DNA of 64,000 nt, taken from assembly GCA_963786105.1 (NCBI GenBank), contig CAWAXX010000009.1:25957-89956 (forward strand). Reading direction: 5' to 3'. Shown one piece after another: positions 10,004 through 19,282 of this stretch (position 1 is its first letter; every line of letters starts with the position of its first letter). The notes under the pieces were generated by a model. That model saw only the letters and a program-made list of their open reading frames with translations. It had not been told where the DNA came from and searched no databases. The translations under genes and the position numbers were made by a program. Origin of the DNA: Vulcanimicrobiota bacterium. Its GTDB lineage: Bacteria > Vulcanimicrobiota > Vulcanimicrobiia > Vulcanimicrobiales > Vulcanimicrobiaceae.

Positions 10004-10483
10004 ATGTTCCGGCTCTGGCGCCGATTCGCTTCCCCGCGCGCTCCCACGCCCTTCGATCGCGCGCTCACGTCGTTGGCTCGGCGCAACTTCCCGCGCGCGG
10101 AAATCGAGTTAACGGCGTTGCTCGACGCGGCAACCGATCCGCCGGATCGCGCGTTCCTCTTCAACAAGCGCGGCGTCGCGCGCGTCGCTTTGAAGAAAAC
10201 CGAGGACGCTCGCGGCGACTTCACCGCCGCCGTCGCCTGCGTCGCCGGCTACGCCCCGGCCCTTACCAACCTCGGCAATTTACTGCTGGAAGACGGACGA
10301 ACCGACGACGCCATCGCGCAGTACGAACGGGCGGTGCTCGCCGATCCCGACTACGCGCTCGCCCATCTGAATCTGGGAGCGGCGTACAAACGCGCCGGAC
10401 GATTGAAGGATGCCGTGCGCGCCCTGCGCCGCGCGCTCGCGCTCGAGAAACCTACTTCCGCGTTCGGACGTCGGCTGCGGTGA
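10004..10483 (+). CDS. Tetratricopeptide repeat protein
   Basis: Tandem TPR-like units (ALTNLGNLL..AIAQYERA..PDYALAHLNLG). Confidence 0.85.
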   Translation: MFRLWRRFASPRAPTPFDRALTSLARRNFPRAEIELTALLDAATDPPDRAFLFNKRGVARVALKKTEDARGDFTAAVACVAGYAPALTNLGNLLLEDGRTDDAIAQYERAVLADPDYALAHLNLGAAYKRAGRLKDAVRALRRALALEKPTSAFGRRLR

Positions 10484-10925
10484 GGTCGTCGAGATACTCG
10501 AAAAGCTGCGGAAGCGTGATGCTTTCGAGGGCGGTTCGCTCGTGGATGCGTTCGTCGTCCTCACCTTCGTCGCGAATGTAGCAGCGCGTTTCCACGCCTT
10601 TCTCGTCCTCGCTGACGAACGACACGGCGAATCCGCGTCCGGGCATCTCGTCGTAGATGCGCATCGTCTGCGGATTGAGTATTTCGATCGAGTGTGCTTG
10701 GCTGTGTGCGTCGAAGATCAAAATCTTTAGATGATCGTAGTTCGTGACTTCGATCGATCCGACGACGAACACGTTCTTCGCCGAGAAGAACTCGTGACCG
10801 CGCTTGCTACGGCTCGAAACTTCGTAGAAGACGCGATGCGCAACAAAGCGGTTGAGGATCTTTCGCAAGGTCGCCAGCGAGGCCAGCGTTTCCGTGCGGT
10901 TGCCGCGGGTATAGATGATCTTCAC
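10452..10925 (-). CDS. Hypothetical protein
   Basis: 157-aa ORF with protein-like composition, unlike the Arg/Ala-rich shadow ORFs. Confidence 0.7.
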   Translation of the reverse strand: MKIIYTRGNRTETLASLATLRKILNRFVAHRVFYEVSSRSKRGHEFFSAKNVFVVGSIEVTNYDHLKILIFDAHSQAHSIEILNPQTMRIYDEMPGRGFAVSFVSEDEKGVETRCYIRDEGEDDERIHERTALESITLPQLFEYLDDLTAADVRTRK

Positions 10926-11012
10926 GAGCGGACCCGAGTGCTTGCACGGCTTGGCAGGCGGGACCTGCCAGGCAGGCCAAAGGCGTTTCGGGTCCGGAAC
11001 CTTCCCTCCAGC

Positions 11013-11231
11013 ATGTTCTCCGTTCCGGATATTTTGGTGGTTTCGGTCCTGGCGCTGTTGCTCTTCGGACCGGACCGGCTACCGAAGATGATGCGTCAGG
11101 CCGGCCGCTTCATGCGAGACGTTCAGAACACGTCGCACTCTTTCGTTGCGGAAATGGAACGTGCGGCCGACCTTGCCGAGCCGGCGCCGCCACCGGTAGC
11201 GAGTCCGCCCGATGAGGCCAAAGCGCCGTAA
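11013..11231 (+). CDS. Twin-arginine translocase TatA/TatB family subunit
   Basis: TM helix followed by LLLFGPDRLPKMMRQAGRFMR amphipathic helix. Confidence 0.85.
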   Translation: MFSVPDILVVSVLALLLFGPDRLPKMMRQAGRFMRDVQNTSHSFVAEMERAADLAEPAPPPVASPPDEAKAP

Positions 11232-11238
11232 GGCTGTT

Positions 11239-11526
11239 TTAAAAGTTAAAGTTCTGGCGGAACTCGTTGACGCGTTGCGCGACGACGCTACGCACCTGCG
11301 AGTGCAGCTTCTCTTTTTGCTCGTCGGGTAGCCGGCGATACACCATGTAGCCGGCCGCCGAGAGCAATCCGCCGAGCAAACCGACGATCAGCGCCTTTCC
11401 GAGTTCACCGGCGTCGACGTCGCCGTCGTGACTGGGCCCCGGACCGCCGTTGTTGTAGCCGTTCCCGGCCGGATTCGAGCCGGACCATTGCTGCTGGGGC
11501 GGCGTGGTGCGAAAACTATCAGACAT
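11239..11526 (-). CDS. Hypothetical single-TM protein (YtxH-like)
   Basis: SD GGAGG; low-complexity N-terminus, one TM helix, helical tail. Confidence 0.65.
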   Translation of the reverse strand: MSDSFRTTPPQQQWSGSNPAGNGYNNGGPGPSHDGDVDAGELGKALIVGLLGGLLSAAGYMVYRRLPDEQKEKLHSQVRSVVAQRVNEFRQNFNF

Positions 11527-11557
11527 GTGTGGGCCTCCTTCGGGGCTGCTGCCGTAC

Positions 11558-11890
11558 TTACCCGGTTTGGCGCTCGGTGTTGCATCGGACGTGGTCGGGA
11601 TACTGTCGAGCGATTTGCGCGACCGCCAACTCGGCCGACGTGACGATCGCCCGGACGCTCTCGTCGTCGCGGCGCTCCTGCGGCCAGCGGATCGAAAACT
11701 CGCCCGAACGTTGTTGAGCCTCGAGTTCGACGCCGGCATACTCTTGAAGACCGAGTCGTGCGGCCTGCAGAACGGCCGAAACTGCGGCGCATACGAGGTC
11801 GTCGGCGTCGATCGCGAACTCGGCATGGCCGCTGGCAAAAATAGAGGACAGCCGATCGCGGCTGTCCCGATAGAAAACGACGTCGAGCAC
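11558..11890 (-). CDS. prp: Ribosomal-processing cysteine protease Prp
   Basis: SGHA..DLVCAAVSA catalytic His/Cys motif; directly after rplU. Confidence 0.9.
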   Translation of the reverse strand: MLDVVFYRDSRDRLSSIFASGHAEFAIDADDLVCAAVSAVLQAARLGLQEYAGVELEAQQRSGEFSIRWPQERRDDESVRAIVTSAELAVAQIARQYPDHVRCNTERQTG

Positions 11891-11902
11891 TAGGCGCCCG
11901 CC

Positions 11903-12217
11903 TTACGGCAGCGTGATCTTGGTGATCTTGACTTCCGCGAAGGGCTGGCGGTGGCCGTTGAGTTTGCGGACGCGCTTCTTCGGCTTGTAGCGGAAGACGA
12001 GGATTTTCTTGTCCTTGGCGTGGCGCAAAAGCGTTCCGGTGACGCTCGCCCCGCTAACAACCGGCGTGCCGACCTTTACGTCGGCGCCGCTTCCCGCAAG
12101 AACGACCTTGTCGAACGTCACGTCCGAGCCTGGTTCGCCGTCCGGCATGTCGCAGCGGATAACGTCACCTTCGGCGACCTTATACTGCTTGCCGCCGGTC
12201 TCGATGATCGCGTACAT
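11903..12217 (-). CDS. rplU: 50S ribosomal protein L21
   Basis: MYAIIETGGKQYKV..GHRQPF. Confidence 0.98.
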   Translation of the reverse strand: MYAIIETGGKQYKVAEGDVIRCDMPDGEPGSDVTFDKVVLAGSGADVKVGTPVVSGASVTGTLLRHAKDKKILVFRYKPKKRVRKLNGHRQPFAEVKITKITLP

Positions 12218-12292
12218 AACTTCGGTACGATACCAGCCCGGGCTCGATGGTGTCAAACGCGACCGGCGAGGCCGTACCACGCCTGGAGGGGG

Positions 12293-12348
12293 TTGACGCA
12301 AGCCTTCGGACGGCGTATAGTTTTGGAGTATTCTGTAAAACAGACTAT
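12293..12348 (+). promoter_or_regulatory. Sigma70-type promoter with downstream palindromic operator candidate
   Basis: TTGACG-17 bp-TATAGT followed by CTGTAAAACAG dyad; precedes an operon ending in a wHTH regulator. Confidence 0.6.
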
Positions 12349-12367
12349 TCTGAGGCTTGAAAATATC

Positions 12368-12547
12368 ATGATGGAACGTTTTGAAATGCCCTGTACCGGG
12401 CGGCTGCTGTTCACCTGGGGGCTCTATGCGGCGGCCGTCACGGTCGTCTGCCAGATCATCGCGGAACGCGGCTATCCGGCGCTGGTCGGCTGGGCCGTCG
12501 CCTTGGCGATGGGACTGGCGGTGTTGACGTGGACGCGGGAGATCTAA
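12368..12547 (+). CDS. Small two-TM membrane protein
   Basis: 59-aa hydrophobic ORF after the promoter. Confidence 0.6.
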   Translation: MMERFEMPCTGRLLFTWGLYAAAVTVVCQIIAERGYPALVGWAVALAMGLAVLTWTREI

Positions 12548-12549
12548 GG

Positions 12550-13128
12550 GTGGACGAGCTGACCGCGGCGCAGGCGCGCGACCATCTGGAAATGGTCGAG
12601 CGGATCCTCACGGAGTCGCAGCAACGGCTCTGCGCGGGCGGCGAGTTCTTCGTCGTCTGGGGACTCTTTTCGGGCGGCACGACGCTCGCCGGCCACCTGA
12701 TCGCGCGCGGTCTCGCGCCAATCGGACTCCTTTGGGTGGTCGCGGCGGCGCTGATCGCATGCGTGGTCTTTTCCGTGCTGCGCGGGCGCGCACTTCGTGC
12801 CGTAGGGGGCCGGGAGTCGCTCGTCCAGCGCGAGTTCTTCAACGTTCTCTGGTTGACGCTCGGTTTGGCGTTCGTCGTCAACGTGGGCGCGTATCGAGTT
12901 TTTTCGGGGCTTGCGTCGGCGGGGATTTGGAGCTTCGCGGAAACGATCGTGCTGCTGTACATCGGCATGCACGGCAATCGTCGAGCGGTGGTGTGCGGAG
13001 TGCTCGTGCTGGCGTCGTTGATCGTCGCAAACTTCGTGGCGCCGCTAAACGCCGCGTACGTGCTGGCGGCCGGCATGATCGCCGGATACACCGGTTTCGG
13101 TCTGGCCGAACTACTCGCCAGAGACTAA
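12550..13128 (+). CDS. Hypothetical multi-pass membrane protein
   Basis: About 6 TM helices after an N-terminal amphipathic helix. Confidence 0.75.
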   Translation: MDELTAAQARDHLEMVERILTESQQRLCAGGEFFVVWGLFSGGTTLAGHLIARGLAPIGLLWVVAAALIACVVFSVLRGRALRAVGGRESLVQREFFNVLWLTLGLAFVVNVGAYRVFSGLASAGIWSFAETIVLLYIGMHGNRRAVVCGVLVLASLIVANFVAPLNAAYVLAAGMIAGYTGFGLAELLARD

Positions 13129-13135
13129 AAGCGTC

Positions 13136-13414
13136 ATGGACGAACTGTTGCTCTCCAAGATTCGCCTGGGAATCATCGCGGAGCTGTTGACCGCTCAGTG
13201 GATTTCATTTTCGGAACTGCAGCGGGCGCTCGGCGTGAGTCAGGGTAACCTCGGCGCGCATCTCGCAAAACTCGTCGCCGGCGGCTACGTCGACGAAGAG
13301 AAGAGTTTCGTGAATCGGCGCCCGCAAACGCGCTACCGGCTCACGCAACGCGGACGGGCAGCCTTTTCCGACCACGTCACCCAACTTCAAACGCTCTTGA
13401 AAACGAGTACGTAA
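13136..13414 (+). CDS. Winged-helix transcriptional regulator (ArsR/MarR-like)
   Basis: SFSELQRAL.VSQGNLGAHL.KL..GYV..KSF..RRPQTRYRLT. Confidence 0.88.
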   Translation: MDELLLSKIRLGIIAELLTAQWISFSELQRALGVSQGNLGAHLAKLVAGGYVDEEKSFVNRRPQTRYRLTQRGRAAFSDHVTQLQTLLKTST

Positions 13415-13420
13415 GGCAAT

Positions 13421-15571
13421 TTATGGCGACAGCGTCGCTCGATCCACCGCCGTGCGCACCACCGCTCCTTCCGAAAACGGCAACGGCCATAAGCGCCCTT
13501 CGATCCAAGCGCCGGCTTGATCGGCGTAATGTCCGGACCCAGGCTCGCCGGACTCACCCTGCGGCAGCGTGATGCCGCCTGCATCCCAGTTTCCGACGTC
13601 CCACACGGCCCGAAAACTTTGCGAATAGCCGTCGTACTGCACGTGCAGCGTGTACTCGTCACCGTATCCGGGTAAGCGAGTTCCGTCCAAGAAATCGATT
13701 CCGAGCGACGACAGCGCGTGTTGCGGCGTGACGGCACCGGCCGTGCTCCATGGTTCGAGCGCCGCCGGCACGGTGACGCGCAGTGCGGCAGGCGAACGCC
13801 GCGCGATCGCGAGTTCGACGGGCATGCGGCGCTTTTGTTTTCCGGTCACCTGCGTTCGCAAGACTTGCGCCAGCGTTGCCGTCGTCGAGTCGCCGGTCAT
13901 CTCGCCGTTCCAGCCCGCCAGCGCGCCGCCGGCTGCCGCATCGAGCCGGCGTACGGCGGGTGCGAGTTCGCGCGCCAGCTCGCGCTCCGGCAGTGAGAGC
14001 ACGTCCATTTGCATCTGCGCGAAGTACGCGACGTCGTAGCGGGCCCGCGCACGCAAGAGTTGAGCGATCCGGTATGCGCGATACGGCGGCGCAAACTGCG
14101 GGCTCAAGCGCAGCGGATAGCCGTTTGCATAGGTCTTGTTATTGGCCGTCCACACCACGGCGTCGCGCGAAGGACGCACTTTCGGCAGCCGCGCAAACGG
14201 GACGCCGTCGAAGCGCTTGCCGAGATCGGCCGCCGGATGAAACCAGCGAGCCCAGGCGGGATCGTCGGGAATTTCACCCGCAAGCGCGTAGGCTACGCGA
14301 CCGCTCACGTCGGCGATCGCGAAGTTTTGGGTTGGGCCGGGAAACGCCGCCAGCACGGCGGTCGCCGTTTCGATCGAGGCGGCACGATCGAGATCGAGAA
14401 ACGTTTTTCCCGGCGAATCCGGATGCTCGTACGCGTTCCAGCGCACCAGCACGAACCGGCCGTCGTTGGTGGTGACGCCGAACTCGTGCGGGCCGCGATA
14501 GTAGCGTCGCGTCACCGGCGAACGGCGAAAACGAATGCGAAACGTTTCCGTTTGCCAGCCGTTCGGATCCAGGGCGGCCGGTTGAGAAAAGACCGAGAGC
14601 GATGCGACGGTTCCATCGGTTGCGCCCCAGGCGATGCGCTCGTTGTGACCGAGCACGATGCCGGGAGCTCCGGGGAACGTCGCGCCGGCGACGTGGAAAC
14701 CGGGCGAACGAAGATCGGCGAGATACCACACGCCCGGTATCCGCAGTCGAAGATGCGGATCGTTCGCGAGCAACGCGCGTCCCGTCAGCGAACGGTGCGC
14801 GCCGGCCGCCCATTCGTTGCTGCCGAGCGGCAGGCGCGCCGCGGCCATCTCACGCGCCACGCCCGCGCGCAAACTGCACGCCGTGCCGGGGCCTATCCCG
14901 GAGAGCCCGGACACCACCGGAGCGTCGTAACAGGGGTCGGTCAAGGGATACTCCGATTCGAGCGCCGGCAGGCCGCCTTTGCGATGCGCGGCATCGCGCG
15001 GCGCAACGTCGTTCCAGTCATCGGTCAAATCCAGAACCGTCGCCATCGAAACGGCGAGCGAGTCTTCCGGCGACCACGGCGACGGCCGGTATGCGAGAAT
15101 GCGGAACTCGACCGGCAGCGTTTCGCGGTCGATGGCGGCATTCACGCCGTCGCTAAACGCGCCAAGAACGCTCTTCGAACGAGCGTCGAGCCGTCGCCAC
15201 TGCGCGTCGACGACCGCGCGCACGGGAACGGCGCGCTCTTTCTCGTCGCTCGCGAGGGCGGCGCTTCCGAACACTTCCGCGAGCTCGCCTTTTACGAAGC
15301 GCCGCAGCAAATCCATCTGAAAGAGCCGGTCCGAGCCTTCGACATATCCTTGCGCGAAGAAGAGATCGTGATCGTCGCGTGCCAGGATATGCGGCACGCC
15401 GCGATCGTCGCGCAGAATCGAAACCGGCGCGTGCAGCAGCTTCAGTCCGGAAATCGTTCCCGCAAAACGCGCGTGTGCGCGCATTCCGAACACCACGTTG
15501 AGCGCGAAGAAGACAACGACGCCGAGCGTGACCGCGACGATCGCCGCCACGATGCGCGCGAACGTACGCAC
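13421..15571 (-). CDS. Penicillin acylase family Ntn hydrolase
   Basis: RDDRGVPHI, AQGYV..DRLFQMDL, GSNEW nucleophile, LLANDPHL, GESGEPGSGHYADQ. Confidence 0.92.
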   Translation of the reverse strand: MRTFARIVAAIVAVTLGVVVFFALNVVFGMRAHARFAGTISGLKLLHAPVSILRDDRGVPHILARDDHDLFFAQGYVEGSDRLFQMDLLRRFVKGELAEVFGSAALASDEKERAVPVRAVVDAQWRRLDARSKSVLGAFSDGVNAAIDRETLPVEFRILAYRPSPWSPEDSLAVSMATVLDLTDDWNDVAPRDAAHRKGGLPALESEYPLTDPCYDAPVVSGLSGIGPGTACSLRAGVAREMAAARLPLGSNEWAAGAHRSLTGRALLANDPHLRLRIPGVWYLADLRSPGFHVAGATFPGAPGIVLGHNERIAWGATDGTVASLSVFSQPAALDPNGWQTETFRIRFRRSPVTRRYYRGPHEFGVTTNDGRFVLVRWNAYEHPDSPGKTFLDLDRAASIETATAVLAAFPGPTQNFAIADVSGRVAYALAGEIPDDPAWARWFHPAADLGKRFDGVPFARLPKVRPSRDAVVWTANNKTYANGYPLRLSPQFAPPYRAYRIAQLLRARARYDVAYFAQMQMDVLSLPERELARELAPAVRRLDAAAGGALAGWNGEMTGDSTTATLAQVLRTQVTGKQKRRMPVELAIARRSPAALRVTVPAALEPWSTAGAVTPQHALSSLGIDFLDGTRLPGYGDEYTLHVQYDGYSQSFRAVWDVGNWDAGGITLPQGESGEPGSGHYADQAGAWIEGRLWPLPFSEGAVVRTAVDRATLSP

Positions 15572-15572
15572 G

Positions 15573-15878
15573 CTATACGTCCACGTAGACGTCGTCGCCC
15601 TCGACGCTGACGGTGAAGGTCATCAACGGGACGACGGCCGGCAGCGTCAGCGCGTCGCCGGTGCGCACGTCGAAGGTCGCTCCGTGCCGCGGGCATACGA
15701 CGGTTTCTCCCTCGAGTTCGCCTTGATCGAGCGGTCCGCCATCGTGCGTGCAGACGTCTTCGATGGCGTACAAACGATCGCCAACGCTACAGAGGAGGAT
15801 TTCGGAACCGTCCACGACGACCCGCCGGGTCGTTCCCGGCGCGATCTCCGAGAGCTTCGCAACCTTGTGCCGTGCCAT
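15573..15878 (-). CDS. Rieske [2Fe-2S] ferredoxin
   Basis: CTH..CPRH ligand motifs. Confidence 0.92.
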   Translation of the reverse strand: MARHKVAKLSEIAPGTTRRVVVDGSEILLCSVGDRLYAIEDVCTHDGGPLDQGELEGETVVCPRHGATFDVRTGDALTLPAVVPLMTFTVSVEGDDVYVDV

Positions 15879-15971
15879 GCCGGCGTTATTTTGAGGCACG
15901 CGACCCGGTGCCTTGGCGAAACGCCTGGATTTTTTCCAGATCGAGAAGCCGAGGGTCGAAGCTTACGAAAA

Positions 15972-17396
15972 TTAGCCGACGGCGCCTTCCATTTCCATTT
16001 TGACGAGGCGATTGAGCTCCACCGCGTACTCCATCGGCAGTTCCTTGACGAAGAAGTCGAAGAACCCGTTGACGATCATGGCGGTGGCGTCGGCTTCGGA
16101 GAGACCGCGGCTCATCGCGTAGAACAGCTGGTCCTCGCCGATTTTGCTCACGCTGGCTTCGTGTTCGACGGTCGAGCGCTGCTCGTGAATCTTCATCGTC
16201 GGCTTGGTGTCGCTCGACGATTGGTCGTCCATGATCAGCGCGTCGCAGCGTACGCGCGTTTTCGCGCCGACCGCACCCGGAAAGATTTCGACGAGCCCGC
16301 GGTAGGTCGTTTTGCCCCCGTGCGCGCTCACGCTTTTGTTGGTAACGACCGAGGTGGTGTTGGGAGCGGCGTGGATGACCTTGGCGCCGGCATCTTGGTG
16401 CTGGCCGTCGCCGGCAAACGCCATCGAAAGAATTTCGCCGCGCGCACCCTCGCCCATCAGGTAGATGGACGGATACTTCATGGTGAGGCGCGAGCCGATG
16501 TTGCCGTCGACCCACTCGACCGTCGCATTCTTGCGCGCGATCGCTCGCTTGGTGACGAGATTGAAGATGTTCCGATACCAGTTTTGGATCGTTGTGTAGC
16601 GGATCGACGCGTCGTCGAGTGCGACCAACTCCACGACCGCCGAGTGAAGCGACGACGTCGAAAACTTCGGGGCCGTGCAGCCCTCGATGTAATGCACCTT
16701 TGCGCCCTGGTCGGCAATAATCAACGTCCGCTCGAACTGGCCCATGTTCTCGGCATTTATCCGGAAATACGCTTGCAACGGCATCGCGACCTCGACGCCC
16801 GGCGGAACGTAGATGAACGAGCCGCCCGACCACACGGCCGAGTTGAGGGCCGAAAACTTATTGTCACCCGGGGGAATGACGGTTGCGAAATACTTGCGCA
16901 GGATGTCGGGATACTTTTTCACCGCGGTGTCCATGTCGCAGAACAGGACGCCTTGCTTGTCGAGCGCTTCACTGGTGCTATGGTAGACGACTTCCGACTC
17001 GTATTGGGCCGACACGCCCGCTAGGAACTTCCGTTCTGCTTCGGGGATGCCGAGGCGATCGAACGTCCGCTTGATGTCTTCGGGGACGTCGTCCCACGAG
17101 CGCTCGGTTTTGTCGGTCGATTTCACGAAATAGTGAATGTCGGCGAAGTCGATCTCGCGCAGCCGCGCCGTATCGCCCCACGTAGGCATGGGCTTGCTAA
17201 GAAAGATCTCGTAGGCTTTGAGCCGGAACTCGCGCATCCACGCCGGCTCGTCTTTCATCGCGCTGATGCGCTCGACGATCTCGCGCGTCAAACCCTTGTC
17301 GGATTTGAAAACGTAATTTTCGGCGTCGTGAAACCCGTGCCGGTAGTCCTCGATGAGGCCTTCGGGGCTGACGGTGGTGTCGAGTTGAGTCGCCAT
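15972..17396 (-). CDS. sufB: Fe-S cluster assembly protein SufB
   Basis: [38 protein letters not shown]. Confidence 0.97.
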   Translation of the reverse strand: MATQLDTTVSPEGLIEDYRHGFHDAENYVFKSDKGLTREIVERISAMKDEPAWMREFRLKAYEIFLSKPMPTWGDTARLREIDFADIHYFVKSTDKTERSWDDVPEDIKRTFDRLGIPEAERKFLAGVSAQYESEVVYHSTSEALDKQGVLFCDMDTAVKKYPDILRKYFATVIPPGDNKFSALNSAVWSGGSFIYVPPGVEVAMPLQAYFRINAENMGQFERTLIIADQGAKVHYIEGCTAPKFSTSSLHSAVVELVALDDASIRYTTIQNWYRNIFNLVTKRAIARKNATVEWVDGNIGSRLTMKYPSIYLMGEGARGEILSMAFAGDGQHQDAGAKVIHAAPNTTSVVTNKSVSAHGGKTTYRGLVEIFPGAVGAKTRVRCDALIMDDQSSSDTKPTMKIHEQRSTVEHEASVSKIGEDQLFYAMSRGLSEADATAMIVNGFFDFFVKELPMEYAVELNRLVKMEMEGAVG

Positions 17397-17523
17397 GGTG
17401 TCCTAAGCGTACTTCCGGACCCCAATATAGTCAAGATAACAAAGGGTTACCTTCATAATCTGGGGCGGGAGTCTCGCAGGGGACGGCAGCGCCGCAGGTC
17501 TTTACAGGGGGGGTGCCAGGGGG

Positions 17524-17723
17524 TATGATGGGCGCCGGACCGGTAGGGGTCCACGGTTTCAGGGAGGCGCGCCCGTACGCGCCATCGCGGCGAGACGCCC
17601 GTGCACCGCTCAAAAGCGCCGGCAAGAGCTCGCCGAAAGGTCGGGGACGTGAACTGCACCGCAGACGCCAGCCGACGAAGTCCGGAGGTGGGATTCCCCC
17701 GAGGGTCAAGGAGACCTGGTTCG
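17524..17723 (+). promoter_or_regulatory. Structured 5' leader of speD (candidate cis-regulatory RNA)
   Basis: TATGAT -10 box, then nested complementary segments and a hairpin over the SD. Confidence 0.5.
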
Positions 17724-18134
17724 TTGAAGGCACTCGGCAGGCACATCGTGTGCGAATTTTCTGGCTGCGACCCGGGAACGCTCTCGGACGTCGACGGCAT
17801 CCACTCTATGATGATCGCGGCCGCCAGGGCGGCCAACGCCACGATCATGGAAAGCGCCTTTCATCGGTTCGAGCCGCAAGGCGTCTCGGGAACGGTGATC
17901 CTGGCCGAATCACACCTGTCCATCCATACCTGGCCCGAGAAGGGCTACGCGGCGATGGACTTCTACACGTGCGGCGACCATACCGACCCATGGCTTGCTT
18001 GCGAACACGCGGCGCGCGTTCTAAACGCGAAAAGCATTCTCACGACCGAGTTCAAGCGCGGCATTGAAAAGAGCGACGGCGAGTTCACGCACGTTATGAG
18101 CAGCAACCACGATTTGCGAGTGCTTACGGCATAA
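17724..18134 (+). CDS. speD: S-adenosylmethionine decarboxylase proenzyme (class 1b)
   Basis: LGRH, FEPQGVS, LAESHLSIHTWPE, DFYTCG; TTG start after AAGGAG. Confidence 0.93.
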   Translation: MKALGRHIVCEFSGCDPGTLSDVDGIHSMMIAAARAANATIMESAFHRFEPQGVSGTVILAESHLSIHTWPEKGYAAMDFYTCGDHTDPWLACEHAARVLNAKSILTTEFKRGIEKSDGEFTHVMSSNHDLRVLTA

Positions 18135-18323
18135 GTCGCCTCGGCGCTTTTCGCTTGCGGAAAGTGACCCAAGTTCGCAAACTCCTGTAAAACCCGAATC
18201 AAAATTGATTTCTGCTACGTTATATTATCGCGTGCGTGCGGACATTCGGCAGGCATCGCACGTTGCGCGTGTAACGAGTTTTTCTGCGGTTCTGCATTCT
18301 CTGTGAGGTAAAGAAGTATCCCG

Positions 18324-19139
18324 ATGCGTTTTTCAATGTTTCGATCCGGCTTTGTAGCGATCGCCGCTACGATCGCGCTGGCGGCATGCAACGGCCAGGG
18401 CGCCGTTCCGCCGCAAGGCATCGCGCCGAATAGCGTCGCTCCGAATAATGTCGCGCCGAATAACGTCGCGACCGACAACGGCGCCGCGACCGACGATACC
18501 ACCGCACTCAACAACGACGGTCTGCTCGGCGCCGGCCCCGACAAGGTGAGCAAGTGCGACATCCCTGGAATCTACTATTTCCACGGCTCGTGCGTGGCGT
18601 TCAACTTGAACATGACCACGAACACGACGGTCGAGTTGGGCAAGTACGGCGCGTACAAGGGGATCAAGATTACCACGACGTTCGGCACGTTCCAAAACCC
18701 GCCGAAGGGCGTGAAGTCGATTCCGGCGCTCATGGGCGACGCGACCGGTACCGGTGGCGACATTACCGGCCAAGTTAACGGTAAAAGCTTTCCGATCTAC
18801 GGTCACGGACAAGACTGTGTAAATTCCCAGGGCAAGCCGGAGACGTGTCCCGGCAAGCCGTTCGTGTATGCCGAACTCATCAACAGCAGCAAATACACGC
18901 TCAAGCCGAAACTTACGCCGAAGTTCGTCATTAGCGATACCAATGGATTCCCCGGCAAGAGGCTCTGCTTCCCGGCGATCTTGACCAAACCCGGTCCGCA
19001 TACCGTCGGTGGCTGGGCGCCGAACACGACGCTCGGAGCTCAACCGCACGGAAATACGCTGACCATCAACAGTCAGTCGAATCCGGGTCAGCTCGTGTAT
19101 CCGCCGGGGCCTTTCATCGTCGCCGGCGTCTGCGAATAG
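18324..19139 (+). CDS. Hypothetical lipoprotein
   Basis: Lipobox LAAC; APN(S/N)V repeats; six further Cys. Confidence 0.85.
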   Translation: MRFSMFRSGFVAIAATIALAACNGQGAVPPQGIAPNSVAPNNVAPNNVATDNGAATDDTTALNNDGLLGAGPDKVSKCDIPGIYYFHGSCVAFNLNMTTNTTVELGKYGAYKGIKITTTFGTFQNPPKGVKSIPALMGDATGTGGDITGQVNGKSFPIYGHGQDCVNSQGKPETCPGKPFVYAELINSSKYTLKPKLTPKFVISDTNGFPGKRLCFPAILTKPGPHTVGGWAPNTTLGAQPHGNTLTINSQSNPGQLVYPPGPFIVAGVCE

Positions 19140-19250
19140 AAAGAGGCTCTGATTTATCCCAGCTTGTCGTCGCTTCGGGCCTCATTTACCATAGTAAACT
19201 TCGGCCCTCGACTCCTAAATCTAGAATAAATCAGGAGCCTCTTTAGGAAG

Positions 19251-19282
19251 GAACCTCGCCGGAATGGCGGGGTTCTTTTTTT
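19251..19282 (+). terminator. Rho-independent terminator
   Basis: GAACCTCGCC-ggaat-GGCGGGGTTC followed by T7. Confidence 0.85.

Noticed and set aside
14009..17024. Long ORFs antisense to real genes (14009-15610 and 15498-17024; likewise 22982-24382, 47116-48672, 53228-54349, 57764-59134)
   Set aside because: Shadow frames typical of high-GC DNA, Arg-rich and without recognisable motifs.
17619..17675. Resemblance of GGCAAGAG..GCCGAAAGG..GGGACGTGAA to c-di-GMP-I or SAM-I riboswitch cores
   Set aside because: Only fragments match; the GCAAA junction with its receptor stem (c-di-GMP-I) and the AUC/GAU and GGUGC core (SAM-I) were not found. Kept only as an unclassified leader.
19140..19244. Integron attC site after the lipoprotein gene
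   Set aside because: Lacks RYYYAAC/GTTRRRY ends and there is no integrase.
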